Shown: one piece after another, positions 9,289-21,800 of the stretch
Position numbering within the stretch: the first letter of the stretch is position 1
Layout: each line of letters begins with the position of its first letter
Source of the DNA: a virus
Lineage: Duplodnaviria; Caudoviricetes
DNA length: 61,809 bases
Strand: one strand, 5' to 3'
Virus record (IMG/VR): IMGVR_UViG_3300012232_000012
Coordinates: 1 to 61,809 of that record
Translations under genes and position numbers: made by a program
Notes under the pieces: generated by a model
The model's input: the letters and a program-made list of their open reading frames with translations, nothing else
Told to the model about the DNA's origin: nothing
The model's database searches: none

Positions 9289-10186
9289 ATGAACACTACC
9301 ATTACTGAGCCAACTGTTGCTAACTTGAACATCCTGTGTCCAATTTGTGGGGGGCGCTGGTACGACCTTGAAGACTCATTGGTCGTGTGTGAGCGCCACC
9401 TGGATTGGCTGGTCACGACCTGTGAGCATTGCGGGCGGTACTGCTTTTCGAGTGCGGCTGGTATGTGTCCCAAGTGCTTCGACCTGGGCGAGAGCGAGTT
9501 TGACCGCGCCTTCGCTATGGAGGAGGCATGACCTACGGCAAAATATTGGCTATACTTACCGCCCTGTTCGTTTTTCTGATAGACATTGGGATGTGGAACA
9601 TTATCGCCAGGATGCACGAGAACATCGTCGTAGCGATGCTTGTTGCTTACTTCAACGTTTACGGTATTCACCTCGCCCTGTGGTGGTGGAGGAAAGGTTC
9701 CTCAAGGAGTTACGATGTATAACCCTCTGCAAAAACTTGCTATTGCAATCGCGGCATTATGGGTGCTGGCTGTCGAAGAGACAGTAGAGTTCAGCACCTA
9801 TCACGTGTATGCCGACGATATTGAAGATGGAGACAGTATGGCGGACTCCCGGCTTTCTGGTGGAAAACATCTGGAGGTCACGGTTAGAGTCGTGGAGAAC
9901 GACGACGAGTACAATGCATTGTTCGCCCGCCATCTGGCCCGACAAAAGGTGTCCGATGTGGCTCTGATGGAAGCCGATGAAACCAGGTGAACCAACCAGA
10001 GTGGCTAACGATGCCATTCAAGCAAGAGCTTTGGGCGAGTTGCCCAGGTGGTATAACATAACCACCAACCAAGCCAGGCGTGTGTGGGAGCTTCTGCGAA
10101 GGCAGAATGTTATAGACCTGGGATACACACAAGACCCGAACGGCGGGTATTGGATAAGGCAGTACGACAAGGAAAAAACGAGATGA
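9289..10186 (+). CDS. four small coupled ORFs (9289-9531 Zn-binding; 9528-9722 2-TM; 9715-9990; 9977-10186)
   Basis: ATGA-type coupling; the first has CPIC/CEHC/CPKC. Confidence 0.6.
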
Positions 10187-10983
10187 ACCAATTAGTGTAT
10201 GAATACTACAAGCTGCGCTCCAGAAGTGCGGAGAATCCACCCAAGCATTTGGTCGAGATTGTAGGGACTGAAAGTGAAAGCCTTTTTCGAGAGCTTGCCG
10301 CTATATCTCTTCCAGTTGACATCAAGAGGCCGGTTGTTGCTGACCTTAGCAAATGGGAGATAGTGACGGATTGGGTAGGGATGTCTCCCCGACCCGCTCT
10401 GGTCATCCTGCGAGCCACCTATGGTTATGCTTACATCGACCCCTTGTTTGCTGCATACATCCGTGGCTCTCGTCAAGCCGGATACCCAACGTGGGCCTAT
10501 CATTTCTTCCTCTACACCCAAAACTGGCGGTCTCAGGCGGATACCTATTTGCGCACGGTGAAGGCTCAAGGCATTACGCCAGACTTCAAGCCGGTGTTCG
10601 ACATAGAGGGGTATCTACCATCTGGTATGTCCAGGGCAACAGCGAACGGGATGATTGAGAATTGGCTGTCTTATGTGGAGAACACGCTCGGTAAGAGTTG
10701 TGTCCTTTACTCAAGCCGCAACTATCTCAACCAGCTTTACGCTGTCGTCCCCCCGGCCTGGCTGACGAATCCATCTCGCCTCAAATGGGTTGCTGGATAC
10801 CCGAACGACCCCAACCTATACAGCGACATGCCAATATGGTATCGCCCGGTTGGAATGCCAGAAGACCCAGCTCTGTGGCAGTATAGCGATAAGGCCAGAT
10901 TTATTGGTATTACCGGCGCGGTAGATGTCAGCGATATGTCGGACTGGTATGAGGCCATCTTCTCCAATCCGGTGGGGTGCTAA
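10183..10983 (+). CDS. glycoside hydrolase family 25 muramidase (endolysin-like)
   Basis: ADLSKWE, ILRATYG, AYHFF, FDIEG (DxE), WVAGY, LWQYSD, VDVS motifs. Confidence 0.88.
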   Translation: MNQLVYEYYKLRSRSAENPPKHLVEIVGTESESLFRELAAISLPVDIKRPVVADLSKWEIVTDWVGMSPRPALVILRATYGYAYIDPLFAAYIRGSRQAGYPTWAYHFFLYTQNWRSQADTYLRTVKAQGITPDFKPVFDIEGYLPSGMSRATANGMIENWLSYVENTLGKSCVLYSSRNYLNQLYAVVPPAWLTNPSRLKWVAGYPNDPNLYSDMPIWYRPVGMPEDPALWQYSDKARFIGITGAVDVSDMSDWYEAIFSNPVGC

Positions 10984-10984
10984 C

Positions 10985-11191
10985 ATGCTAACCAGATTGG
11001 ACATAGAAATACTCAATAAGGAAATTAGCGCGGCCATTAGGCTCGTGTTAGCCAAGTTCGATGAGGTGGCAAAGGGGGTTGTCATTCATGAAGTCACTAC
11101 TCTGCGAGAGATAAGCGAAGACGGCAACTCATATGAGTATTCCATCAAGATTCGCGCCCAGGTGGTGAAGGAAGTAGAGACCCCCACATAG
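10985..11191 (+). CDS. hypothetical protein
   Basis: ORF between lysin and terminase. Confidence 0.55.
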   Translation: MLTRLDIEILNKEISAAIRLVLAKFDEVAKGVVIHEVTTLREISEDGNSYEYSIKIRAQVVKEVETPT

Positions 11192-11226
11192 GGGGTCTTG
11201 CTTTATTAACGTTTCGTGAGATATAA

Positions 11227-12813
11227 TTGAATGAAAACCCGCATAAAGCGGGAGTTAGGGCCTTCGTGAAAGATTACCTTTCGTGGATGGGAGAGAGCGG
11301 CTTTTGGAGCCGGGAGATATGGGACGACGAGAAGAAGCGCATGGTTGGGGCCGGTTATCTAAAGCTCCTGCCCGAACAGCGCCGCATATTGTCCGTAGCC
11401 ATGACTCCGAACGAAGAAGGCATTCTTCCATACACAACAGTTCTGTTCTCTACTACCAAGAAGTCCGGCAAGACCACCATTGGTGCTTCTGTTGCAGCTT
11501 GGGGCGCAGAGGAGATGGAGCCGGGTACTGAGGTTTATGTAATCGCCAACGACCTTGACCAAGCCGAGGGTCGTGTTATGCGTGACGTGAAGTTCCATGT
11601 AGAGCATTGGAACTTGGGCAAGCCGCCATCTCGACGCGCCAAGATTACCCAGTACCGGATTGAATATCCCAACGGTACATTCATTCAGGCGCTCGCTCAG
11701 GCTTACCGCTCGGCTGCTGGCTCCCGTCACTCCATTACGGTGTGGGATGAGTTGTGGGGTGTTACCTCCGAACTGTCTCATCGTATGTGGGACGAAATGA
11801 CCCCCATCCCCACCGTACCGAACTCATTACGATTCATCGCTACATACGCTGGATTTGAAAATGAGTCCGACCTTCTCTGGCAACTGTACCTGAGTGGCGT
11901 GGGGCTGGACGAGCATGAGAAGGGCTTGGGCCAGCCCATTGAGGCTTTGAAAGACCTGCCATGTTGGGCTAATGGGCGACAGTTCACATACTGGAACCAT
12001 GAACCTATCATGCCCTGGCAGACGGAGGAGTATATCGACGAGCAGATGACCTCGCTGCGCCCGTCGGCATTCCTGCGTTTGCATATGAACCGATGGGTGA
12101 CTACCCATGAAGAGTTCATTCCGGTTGAGTGGTGGGACGCGGCAGCCAAGATTTACGAAGCTAGTGCCGCCCTATGGTCTGAGCATCCGCTTCGTGAGTT
12201 CCCGATTTACATTGGTGTAGATGCGGGCGTGAAGCGTGACTGTACTGCTGTAGTGGCTGTGGCCTACGATGCAACCCGAGCCAAACTTGGGCTGGTCGAA
12301 CACCACATCTGGAAGCCTAAGCAGGGCGAGTGGTTCGACCTGGACGCTACAGTAGAACAGGCTTTGATGGATATGAACCGCCGCTATCGGATTGCCTCCG
12401 TTGGCTACGACCCGTCTCAATTGCACCAAACAATGGTGCGAATGAGGAACAGGGGCCTGCCTGTTCATGAGTTCTTTCAGACCGTGCCTGCGATGACCTC
12501 TGCAAGTCAGCTTCTATATGACCTTCTCAAGAACCGTAATTTAGAAGCCTACCCGGACGAAGAGGCCCGCAAGCATATCCAGATGGCTGTGGCCGAGACG
12601 AACAATCGCGGCTTTAGAATTGTGAAGTCGTCAACCAAGAAAACCATGCAGCCGGTTGACTTTGCCATTGCTCTGGCTATGGCTGCCTACGATGCGGTGG
12701 ATGGTGGCGGAGTAGACGTGTCCATACCTCTGCGTCTGGTTGCTCCGTTCGCTGACATGCTACCATCAGACTATTCTGAGAATATGGGAATACCGTTCCC
12801 CCTAAGGACTTAA
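11227..12813 (+). CDS. terL: terminase large subunit (start may be GTG 11266)
   Basis: TTKKSGKTT Walker A, VWDELWG Walker B, IGVDAG and GYDP nuclease motifs, C-terminal DFAIALA. Confidence 0.93.
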   Translation: MNENPHKAGVRAFVKDYLSWMGESGFWSREIWDDEKKRMVGAGYLKLLPEQRRILSVAMTPNEEGILPYTTVLFSTTKKSGKTTIGASVAAWGAEEMEPGTEVYVIANDLDQAEGRVMRDVKFHVEHWNLGKPPSRRAKITQYRIEYPNGTFIQALAQAYRSAAGSRHSITVWDELWGVTSELSHRMWDEMTPIPTVPNSLRFIATYAGFENESDLLWQLYLSGVGLDEHEKGLGQPIEALKDLPCWANGRQFTYWNHEPIMPWQTEEYIDEQMTSLRPSAFLRLHMNRWVTTHEEFIPVEWWDAAAKIYEASAALWSEHPLREFPIYIGVDAGVKRDCTAVVAVAYDATRAKLGLVEHHIWKPKQGEWFDLDATVEQALMDMNRRYRIASVGYDPSQLHQTMVRMRNRGLPVHEFFQTVPAMTSASQLLYDLLKNRNLEAYPDEEARKHIQMAVAETNNRGFRIVKSSTKKTMQPVDFAIALAMAAYDAVDGGGVDVSIPLRLVAPFADMLPSDYSENMGIPFPLRT

Positions 12814-12814
12814 T

Positions 12815-14635
12815 ATGGCTGAGATGAGTCAGAGCGAAGAACTCAATAAAGTGCTGACACGAATCATGTCGGCCAAGGAGCACGTTAAGGGGTGGCGGGC
12901 AAACATCGCTAAATGGCGGCAGCTTTATGATGGTTCCCATTACGATACCATGCCCAAGACGGGCGAGGTTCGCTACAGTGACCCAACCTATGGAAATACG
13001 GTAGACCTGGCTGTTGGCATTATGTTGGCTAATCAGCTAGTGTGGTCGGCCAGTGGTTGGTCTCCGTCCTACAAGGAGCAGAAGAAGTCCAGCGCTCTGG
13101 AAAAGTTCCTATATGCTGCCTGGTGTGTCAATGCTGAGCGGGAAGAGTCCAGCTTGCAGTATGACCTTATGCTTAACTTCACCAGAGATGGTGGCGGAGC
13201 GGTCTACTCTGTGTGGGACAAGTACATTGGCGAGTCGGTAATGAAGACACGCCAAGTCCAGGACGAGACATCAGAGGAGGGGGTCAGAGAAACGTATGCC
13301 TTTGACGAACTACCCCTACGCATCAAGGTCATTGACCCCAACACAATGTTCATGCTACCGGGCGGGCCTAAGCGATGGCTGGTTATGGGGCGCTCCGAGG
13401 TTCGTACTGTTCTGGATATTGAGGTTATGTATAACGTTGAACTGCCGGAGTTCAAGCACCTGGATGAGAACCAAAAGTCCTTCAACACCGGAGAGTTCGT
13501 AGATTATTGGGACTACTCCACTGAGAGCGGCAGCTTGAAGGTAAGAAACTGTTGCCTTTTCAATAGTCGGTTCATTCCTGGATATGAACTCAGGGAAATG
13601 GCTGGCTATACCGACCTCCCATATACTGTACAGCTTTTCAAACCAACAGACAAGAACGAATCCGGTAAGTGGCAATCAATCATTACCCCGCTCGTTGAGT
13701 CTGTGTCTTTGCTCGAACGGTCTGTCAACCGTCGCCAGCGCCAAATTGACATCTACTCATCTCTGCCCATAGTCACCAAGACTCACCCCGGACGGCCAAT
13801 CTCTGTTGAAGGTCTAGGCCACCATGTCAATCTGTCTACTGACGAAGAGATTGGCTTTCCCTCCTGGCCTGGAAATGCCCCGGATGTGCAAATGCAGATG
13901 GACTTCTTCCGTGCCCGCATCCAACAGTCCGGCTTCTCAGACGTTATGTTCGGTTCCGGGGCCAGCCAGGTAACTGGATACGCTCTGTCTCAGCTTGGAG
14001 ACCAGAACCGCATCCGGCTCGAACAGCCTGTCAAGCACCTGGAACTTCTGTTTACCTCCTGGGCTAAGAAAGCCATCAAGATGTGCTCTCACTTTGCTGG
14101 AGGTGGGCAGGTCAAGGTGTACGGAACCATGAAGGGTCAGGACTTTGCTGAATGGATTGACTTCGAGGATGCCAAAGAGTTTGTCGTGCGGGCGGAGATA
14201 CGTCCCAAGTTCCCGAATGAGGAAGTACGTCGGCACGCTATGGCTACCCAGGCTCGCGGCGTCTTATCCGATTGGACTATCATGGAGCGCTATCTGGACA
14301 TTCAACAGCCAGATGAGGAGATGGAGCGCCAGCAAATCGAGGTGGCGATGAAGAACCCTATGGTACAATCGTACATCATGATGGCTGAGCTTAATAAGCG
14401 GGCCGAAGAAGGTGACAAGATTGCTGCTATGGTTCTACAGTCCATGCAGGCAGGCGGATTGCCTGGAACTCCTGGCCGTCCGAACGAGCCTAACAACCCA
14501 GAGCAAATGATGGGAACGCAATCCCCGACAGGCTCGCCGCTACCAACAGCACCGCAGGGTGAGGATATGGCAAGCCAGATGGAGAACATGGCCGGGGCAA
14601 GCCCCACAATGACGGGTGAAGTCAGTGGCTACTAA
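12815..14635 (+). CDS. portal protein
   Basis: 606 aa directly after TerL; helical, DVMFG...TGYAL motif, M/Q/P-rich tail typical of podovirus portals. Confidence 0.8.
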   Translation: MAEMSQSEELNKVLTRIMSAKEHVKGWRANIAKWRQLYDGSHYDTMPKTGEVRYSDPTYGNTVDLAVGIMLANQLVWSASGWSPSYKEQKKSSALEKFLYAAWCVNAEREESSLQYDLMLNFTRDGGGAVYSVWDKYIGESVMKTRQVQDETSEEGVRETYAFDELPLRIKVIDPNTMFMLPGGPKRWLVMGRSEVRTVLDIEVMYNVELPEFKHLDENQKSFNTGEFVDYWDYSTESGSLKVRNCCLFNSRFIPGYELREMAGYTDLPYTVQLFKPTDKNESGKWQSIITPLVESVSLLERSVNRRQRQIDIYSSLPIVTKTHPGRPISVEGLGHHVNLSTDEEIGFPSWPGNAPDVQMQMDFFRARIQQSGFSDVMFGSGASQVTGYALSQLGDQNRIRLEQPVKHLELLFTSWAKKAIKMCSHFAGGGQVKVYGTMKGQDFAEWIDFEDAKEFVVRAEIRPKFPNEEVRRHAMATQARGVLSDWTIMERYLDIQQPDEEMERQQIEVAMKNPMVQSYIMMAELNKRAEEGDKIAAMVLQSMQAGGLPGTPGRPNEPNNPEQMMGTQSPTGSPLPTAPQGEDMASQMENMAGASPTMTGEVSGY

Positions 14636-14849
14636 AAATGTCTACGCTCAATCTCTAACCAAGATGCAGGGGATTGCATCGAAGGCTTTTGATACTGCAC
14701 GTACACAGGTAGGTAAGACTTCGGATGCAGACTTGCAAATGTATGAGCAGCTACAGCCAGAACAATTCGAGAAGTTAGTTGAGAAGTTTGGCCCTGATAG
14801 CGTTGTCTCGTATATCAAGGCGATGGAAGCGAAAAGGAACGGAGCATAA
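14625..14849 (+). CDS. small hypothetical protein
   Basis: Coupled to portal stop. Confidence 0.6.
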   Translation: MATKNVYAQSLTKMQGIASKAFDTARTQVGKTSDADLQMYEQLQPEQFEKLVEKFGPDSVVSYIKAMEAKRNGA

Positions 14850-14850
14850 C

Positions 14851-15687
14851 ATGGCTAACCTCAACCCTATCGAACCCTGGCGTCGTATCGTCGGCATGAC
14901 CGAGCCTGAGTATTATCGGTCTGGTGGGTATGCGGGACTTGGCGAGCCGGACTATTACCAGCGCGTTGCCTATGGCGGACAGTATCCCGCTCCTGGTAGT
15001 TTCTTCACGTATCCGGGGACTGGAAGTGGTGGCGGTGCTCCAGAAGCCCCTAGTCGCCCCAAGCCTCCTCCTCTTACGTGGAAGAATGCTTACGGGGCTG
15101 GGGGGTATGGCCCAAAGTGGTGGAACGGACTGGTTGCCAATAAGCTAAATCCCACTACTGAATACATCATGCTCACCAATGCTATGCTGCCATTCCTGTC
15201 GCCGGAAGACCGCAGAGCTTTTGCGTCGAACATTGACCGCCAGTTCAAGGGCGAGGGGGTGGACTTTGGCGACTCAACTCGTTTCCAGTTTGGTGTTACC
15301 AAGGCCGTAACGCCAGGAGTGCGAGCCAATTATCTATCTGTCCAGCGTGCTCAGTCTGCGCTATCTTCACTAGAGCGCATGAGAGCTGCGTCTGGGTTCA
15401 AAGCTGATAAGTTCGGCCCCGGCCTACAGTATCTACGGCAGGTGGCGGATACGCTGCGAGACTTTGGTACTAGCGGTAGGCCAATGAGTAGAGCGGAGTA
15501 CACCAAGTTTCTTGGGGCTGTTGACCCGCTCCTGAATGAAGCCAAGTCCGGTAAGTTGGGCGCATACGGCGCTCTTGCCAAGGCTTTCCTCCAGCCATTC
15601 CTTACAGGCGGGAGCCTGATGAATGCCAGCCGCACACAATCGGGACGGATTCGCTTCGGCGCTCCGAACCCAAAACTATTTGGATAG
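14851..15687 (+). CDS. probable internal virion protein
   Basis: Gly/Tyr-rich; SD GGAG before ATG 14851; lies between portal and giant protein. Confidence 0.55.
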   Translation: MANLNPIEPWRRIVGMTEPEYYRSGGYAGLGEPDYYQRVAYGGQYPAPGSFFTYPGTGSGGGAPEAPSRPKPPPLTWKNAYGAGGYGPKWWNGLVANKLNPTTEYIMLTNAMLPFLSPEDRRAFASNIDRQFKGEGVDFGDSTRFQFGVTKAVTPGVRANYLSVQRAQSALSSLERMRAASGFKADKFGPGLQYLRQVADTLRDFGTSGRPMSRAEYTKFLGAVDPLLNEAKSGKLGAYGALAKAFLQPFLTGGSLMNASRTQSGRIRFGAPNPKLFG

Positions 15688-15695
15688 GACTCCAC

Positions 15696-15881
15696 ATGGA
15701 AAAGTATCGCGTTCTGTATTTCCTCCAGCAAGACATTGGCAGGCTGCATGATGCTCTGAATGATGCTGCCGCCGAGGGCTATTTGCTTAAGTTCTTGCTG
15801 CTTGACCAGGCCCAGAGAACGATTGCCGTCTTGGAGCTTCAAGAAAAGAAGGTTCGCAAGCCTCGTACTCCGAAGGAATAA
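15696..15881 (+). CDS. small hypothetical protein
   Basis: ORF with SD AGGA. Confidence 0.6.
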   Translation: MEKYRVLYFLQQDIGRLHDALNDAAAEGYLLKFLLLDQAQRTIAVLELQEKKVRKPRTPKE

Positions 15882-15887
15882 CGTACC

Positions 15888-18800
15888 ATGCCACAGAACG
15901 CTTACCCTGTGTGGTACACCCAGGAGTTTAGGGATTACGTGCGTCAGTTGGTCTTAAGCGGGGAGTTCAACAAACCAGCGACCAGGCCCAACACTCCCCC
16001 ACCCGATGTGCCGTCTGCTGCACAGGGCAGGTCTATTCCGTCGTATGTTGCCCAACTGTCCTTGGGCAGGTATCGTGGTGGCCCAGGTTTTACGCCAGCC
16101 GACATCAATCCCCCTGCCAACGGGGGGACGACTACAGCCTATCCGGTAACGGGCGCGGGTGTTGGCTCGCGCCCAACAGAAAGTACCAGCAGGGTGGTGA
16201 CTAGGGCAATCCCATCTCCAATTCCGTCTATTCAATCCCAACTGCCCCCCGGCCCCGCCTTTGGCAGACCGCCGATTACTACTGATGTCCTTATTCAAAG
16301 ACAGCCTGAAAGAACTGGCCCCCCGGAAGTCGGCAGGTTGGCGTCTGGTGAGCCGTTCTATCAGGACAAAGACATTCAAACCAGAAAGGCCATCTCATCT
16401 AAGCCCCTGTACATACGAGCAATTCAATGGCCTCAATACATATTGGGGCATCTATTGCGCCCGCTTATTCGGGGCGCTTCTGCTCCATCTTTGGGGGCAA
16501 GAGGCTTTTTCGGAAGTGAGGCGGCTGACAAGATGGTGGCTTCGCAAGGTATCCTTGCCGCTAAGGAATTCATTACAGATATGTGGGAGCGCAAGCCATC
16601 CCTAAAGCAAAGCCTGTCCTTCTCTGGTGGTTTGCCTCTTGAACAGCAACTTGAATCTGGACTCAGCGATACTGAGAAGATGCAGCTTCATATGGACGAT
16701 GCAACGTCCAACGAAACTGCTAGAACCGCTGCCGCTGATAGAGCATTTACCGCCGCATGGGAGAGCTTTGCCGACAGCTTCGGCCAGCCGGGTCTACTGA
16801 CTTTGGCCGAGGTGGAGGGGGGCAGACCGACACTGACTGCGCTGTTCATGGAGTCTACCGCCGCTAAGAAGGATGCAGACCGTTTATTTGCTGCGTCGTT
16901 GGCTGCGAAGGCTGCGGGCCAGTATGAGTATGCCGTCACTCTGGCAGAAGAGGCCATACTTAGGGACGAGAAGGCCAATCCAATTTTCAACAAATACTAT
17001 GCCTATACTTGGGACAGAGAGCCTGAGCGTAAGGCCGCATACATTCACGATGTCGCTCTGTTGACTGTTCAGTTTGGCGAACAGTTGAACCTTGAGCAGT
17101 TAGAGCGGCTGCGGGAGTATCATGCGTCGGCTGGCACAGAATTCTTTGGTGAGATGGTTCTTGACCCATTGAACCTTATCCCCAATGTCGTGTTCGAGAA
17201 GGGCACGGCAGCTATCCTTGGCAAGCTGAGTGTGGCTACGTCCAAGGCAGACGATTTTCTTAAGAGCCAAAGCTCGATATATCGTTACCTAAACCGTCTC
17301 GCCACATCATCTGCCGCGTCGAAAATCAAGAGTGATTGGTACGACATCATAACTCGGTGGGCAGATGCATACTCTACCCGCAAAGAACTCGTCGGTGGTA
17401 TGGACACTCTCCAGGCCGCTCTTCATGAGGCCGCCGCCACGAGCGACGATAATGCCGTGCGCCAAATCTTCGAGCACTACAAGACCCTACCCGGCGGTGG
17501 TGGTATCGAGAACATGAGCTTTGACCAGTTCAAGCTCCTTCGCAGTCATTACAATGACGTAAGTGGGCCTGCTGCTGTTGCTCGGTCTGAGGCTGCCCAA
17601 AAACTAAACGCCGAACTGCAAGCCCAGAAGAAGTATGGTCTGTCCAGAGAAGACGGATACATTCCTGGTGATGAGTATGGCAGCCTGTTTGACCGCTCCA
17701 TCATGGAGTCCGAAGAAGCTATTCGGGCCAGGGTTATCAAAGACCACCCCGAACTACTTCGTATGACCGATGATGCGGCTCGTACTGCCGCCATAGACAG
17801 TCTGGTAGAGAAGACGCTCGGTACTGCTTGGAGCAACGACGTTGGCATTGCCAAGTTCGCCGACACCCTATCAGAGTCCTTCATTGACCAGCATCGTATC
17901 TATAAAGGGAGCAGGCTGCTTGACGACACTGTAGCGGGCATGGCTACCCGCTGGCTGAAAGAGACCGGACGGGCGGAACTGTCGTCCAACCTTATTGAGG
18001 CATCTCTGGCTTGGCTGTGGAAGGCCCGCGACTCGTGGGTCAAGGTGGTTTTGCTTACTCCGCGATGGTTGGTCAACAACCTAATCGACTCCACATCACG
18101 TATGTTCATCTACGGAGCTAGCCCTCTGGGTGGGTTGTCAGATGTGCTGTTCGGTATCCGCCACCAATTCACCGATGAACTGGGCCACATCCCTATGGAG
18201 TTTGCTCAGAGCTTGGCTCGCTCAGACTTGGGATTTGAAGAAACGGTTGCTGCTCGTGCTCTGTATGAGGGATGGACTCCCAATTTGTTCCAGAACTCCT
18301 TCTGGAAGTATGAGTACAGGCGTTTGAAGGATGCTGAGGCGGTTGCTGCAAAGCAAATAGCCAATTATCCGCCCGGTCTCAAGGGAACCATGTCTCGTTT
18401 GTGGAACGGATGGAAGCTGCCCACTGGTTTGCAGGCCATACCCGGTGCAATGGTGGACTTCAATACTTACGTTGAGTTTGCCCTGCGTCTGCGCCTGTTC
18501 CACAAACGCTACTTCACCATGATACGGGCCTTGGAGCCTGGGTTCAAGGGCTTGGCTATGGCCGATGTTCCAGAAAGCATACGGCCTGTTGCCGACCTTA
18601 TCTGGCGGAACTCGGAGGGAGTGCCGTCCAAGATACGCGCATATACCAACGCCCTTACTGGCAAGAGTGGCAGCGGCGCTGTGTTCAATCTGCTTGTGCC
18701 GCCGGAGGTTGAGGCGTCTTTGATGGCTGCTACTGCCGATGACCAGCAGAACTTTGTTGTAGCCATTGTCGGCCAGCTTCAAGAGATTACCAAGCGTGCC

Positions 18801-21800
18801 CATATGGACGGGCGTGACCCAACAGCGAATGAGTTCGTCAAGTTCTTCGACGACTTTACCGAGAAGTTTCGTATTGAGACCGAGACAATCATGGGCGAGA
18901 ACCTCGCCCTAAGAGAGGCTACCGGCAACATAAATGTTGATAAGGTGGCGGCGGACGTGCCTACGCAGGAAACGTTGAAAGGGGCTGCCCCAATCTCTGG
19001 TCAGACCTCAAGACAGACTGAGGCGATTGGGCGCATCAAGACGCGCAAGGACAAAATCTCTCGTACCCTTCTTACTGACTTCAAAGAAGCGGTTACTCCC
19101 TTCGCATCTGTGGAGACTGTTCCAGGCAAAGACATTCTTGTAGTCCCATCCAAGAGGGGCTTGGTTATCCAAGTTGGAGACCAGGTTGAACTCTCTACGA
19201 ACGTCAAGGCTGTGCGCGGGCAGTTGAATACCGCCGTGAAAGAATCTCTCTGGCATCTGAATCAGGATGAGATACTCTCATATAACAAGTTCGCTAGCCA
19301 AGAGGATTTTGTTGCCAAGCTGGATAAGTTTATTGATAATCCAGCCGCGTCCTTTGTTGACGATGCCAATGCATCATTCTTCTTCTCCAGAGAGTTATCC
19401 AGGCGCGACGATTTGCGCGACGTTCTGGAAGCTCTACACGGAAAGAAGATTCCATATGAAGATTCTAATGCCTTGTGGGAGATGTACGGGCGTGATTACG
19501 ATGTCATGACCGAGACCGGGGCGGCTGCTCTTATTGCCCGCGACCACCGTCTTGCCGAGGATATACTACCGGCCCCGCCCGAGTATGCTGACATCGCCCA
19601 TAAGCTGGCTGAGTCGTCACGGCGTTTGGGAGATGCTACTCGGACGATGAAGGTTCCACCCGACCTGGCTCGCAACATCAGTGACTTCCTATCCCGGCGG
19701 TCTCTGGCTATGTCTGCGTTGAAGGACTACTTCACTTTTGTCTTTCCCGGCCCTCGCTCCGTTAAGGTTGGGATGCGCGAAGTATCTAGGCAGGCGCGGT
19801 GGGGCCAGTGGTATGACCTGGCTATAGAAGAGTTTACCAAGCTGGTTGACATTGAGACCGACCTCGCGGTCAAGCTGGAGAACCGCCAGTTTGACGAGGT
19901 AGTGGAGTACATTGAGTCTTGGTTTGGGGATGGCTCCTATCAGGACTTCAACCTCAAATTCCTGAACAGCGTCGGTGTCCACCCAATTATGGGGTCGGAC
20001 GGTATCACAGTTCTTGGAGTTACCTTCGACTTCTCTACTAAAAAGAACTTCGAGCCGTATGCGGCTAAGGTCAAGGAGGGATTGCAGGCCAGGTTCTTCG
20101 TTCCCAAGAACGGAGAGGTTATCAACTCCTTCCGGTCTATGCGCTGGAAGGTACGACAGAGTGTTGGTGAAGATGCTGCCAACGCTCTCTATGCTACCCT
20201 GTATTCCAACTTAGGCTCCAAGAGTCCTCAAGCAGATGCCTGGGTGGACGTAATTACTACTCATGCTGTTGAGTGGGGGCAGAAGGCTGGTCGTACACCG
20301 GATGAGTATCTGCGCCGTCTCGGGATTATTGATGGCAAGATAGTTGACGAGGCCGCATTCGCAAAGTGGGCGGTCAGCCGGACGAATGATGGCGTCAATC
20401 GTGGCTTCCTGTTTGGTATGGGCGGGGCAAACGTTCCCGACATGCTGCGCCTGTCAAGTGAACACTATCTACGCGACCTGAACTTGGATGGTGTGTGGCA
20501 CAAGAACGCCTCAAGAGAATTGGAAGCTGTTCGGGATTACGTCGAAGCTGTCACCGGAATAGAGGTAAAGGAGAAGTGGTTGCCCGAGCACGTACAGGCG
20601 TTTGCTGAGGCCGTGTTCAAAGAGCAGGCACGCTACACCTACAAGGCGGGTCATCTGCCTCCATCTCTGCTGCGTCAACTCAAGAAACCTACTGGCGAGA
20701 ACGCCAGGACTCTCAAGCGTATGCTGGAGGCGATTGACAAGTCCGGTATGCAAACGGATGAGGTCGTCTTGGCTATTCTCAAGAACGGCGATGTGGAGTT
20801 GGTGTTGGGCCGACGGCAAATCTTGGATGCTATCCAAGCCAAGGACATTACACAGCTTCCCGTCACCGTCATCCACGAGTCCAATCTTGAGCGGGCGGAA
20901 GGCAAGACCGCCTTCAACCTACTCCTGGAAAAGTTCGAGCCGTTCGATAGCCGTAAGCACAAGGGGATGCATGTTGCCGTCAACAACTACAAGGCATGGC
21001 TGGCAAACATCCGTCGTTCGATTGAGAACTCTCCGGCTGTAGAGAAGGGGCTGTCGCAAGATGTCATCCAGTTCCTAAATAATCTGGTGAAGCAGGAAGA
21101 CCTTATTCCTCCCAAGAAGTCTATGGTGCGGGAGATGAAGCTGGTCGCTGAGCAGTTTGGTATTCCTACCGAAGAGCGCATGATGAAGCGCATCATCAAT
21201 GATTACATTCGTCGAGACGAGGCGAAGGCGTCTGTTGCTATACCTCCGGCGTCTCCGGGGATTGTAAGCCCCATGTCCGTGGTGGATACTCATTCTACCT
21301 TTGATGAGTTACGTAGGCTTGCATCAGCTACAGATGAGTCTTTGGAAAGTCTTATAGCTAAATTCAAGACGACCCCTAGACCGTTCGTAGAAAACGTATT
21401 CCGTGGTACTGGGCGCAAGGTTCCGGTTGATGCAGGATTCTACGGCAAGGGTACGTACTATTCTACTCTTGAGCCGTATGCTGCCACGTATGCTGTGGGT
21501 CTTGATAATGTGGTGGGCAGCCAAGTAAGGCTTGCTAACCCATTCTATGCTACGGACGAAGAACTATTCGCTCTGGGTAAGGGCGTATATGACAAGGCTA
21601 TTGCCGAGGGTGGGAACGAGGCTGCCGCAGTAGAAGCCCGGTCTGTTTATCTTCGTTCTTTATTGGAGGGGCAGGGGTACGACGGGGTTGTGGTTGATGT
21701 CACCAGGTTCAAGCCCGAAGTGCAGGATATGATTGACGAGTGGAATATGCTGGAGCCTAGTGATGCATCTAAGAAGATGCTTGACATTTCGCGGGCTAGG

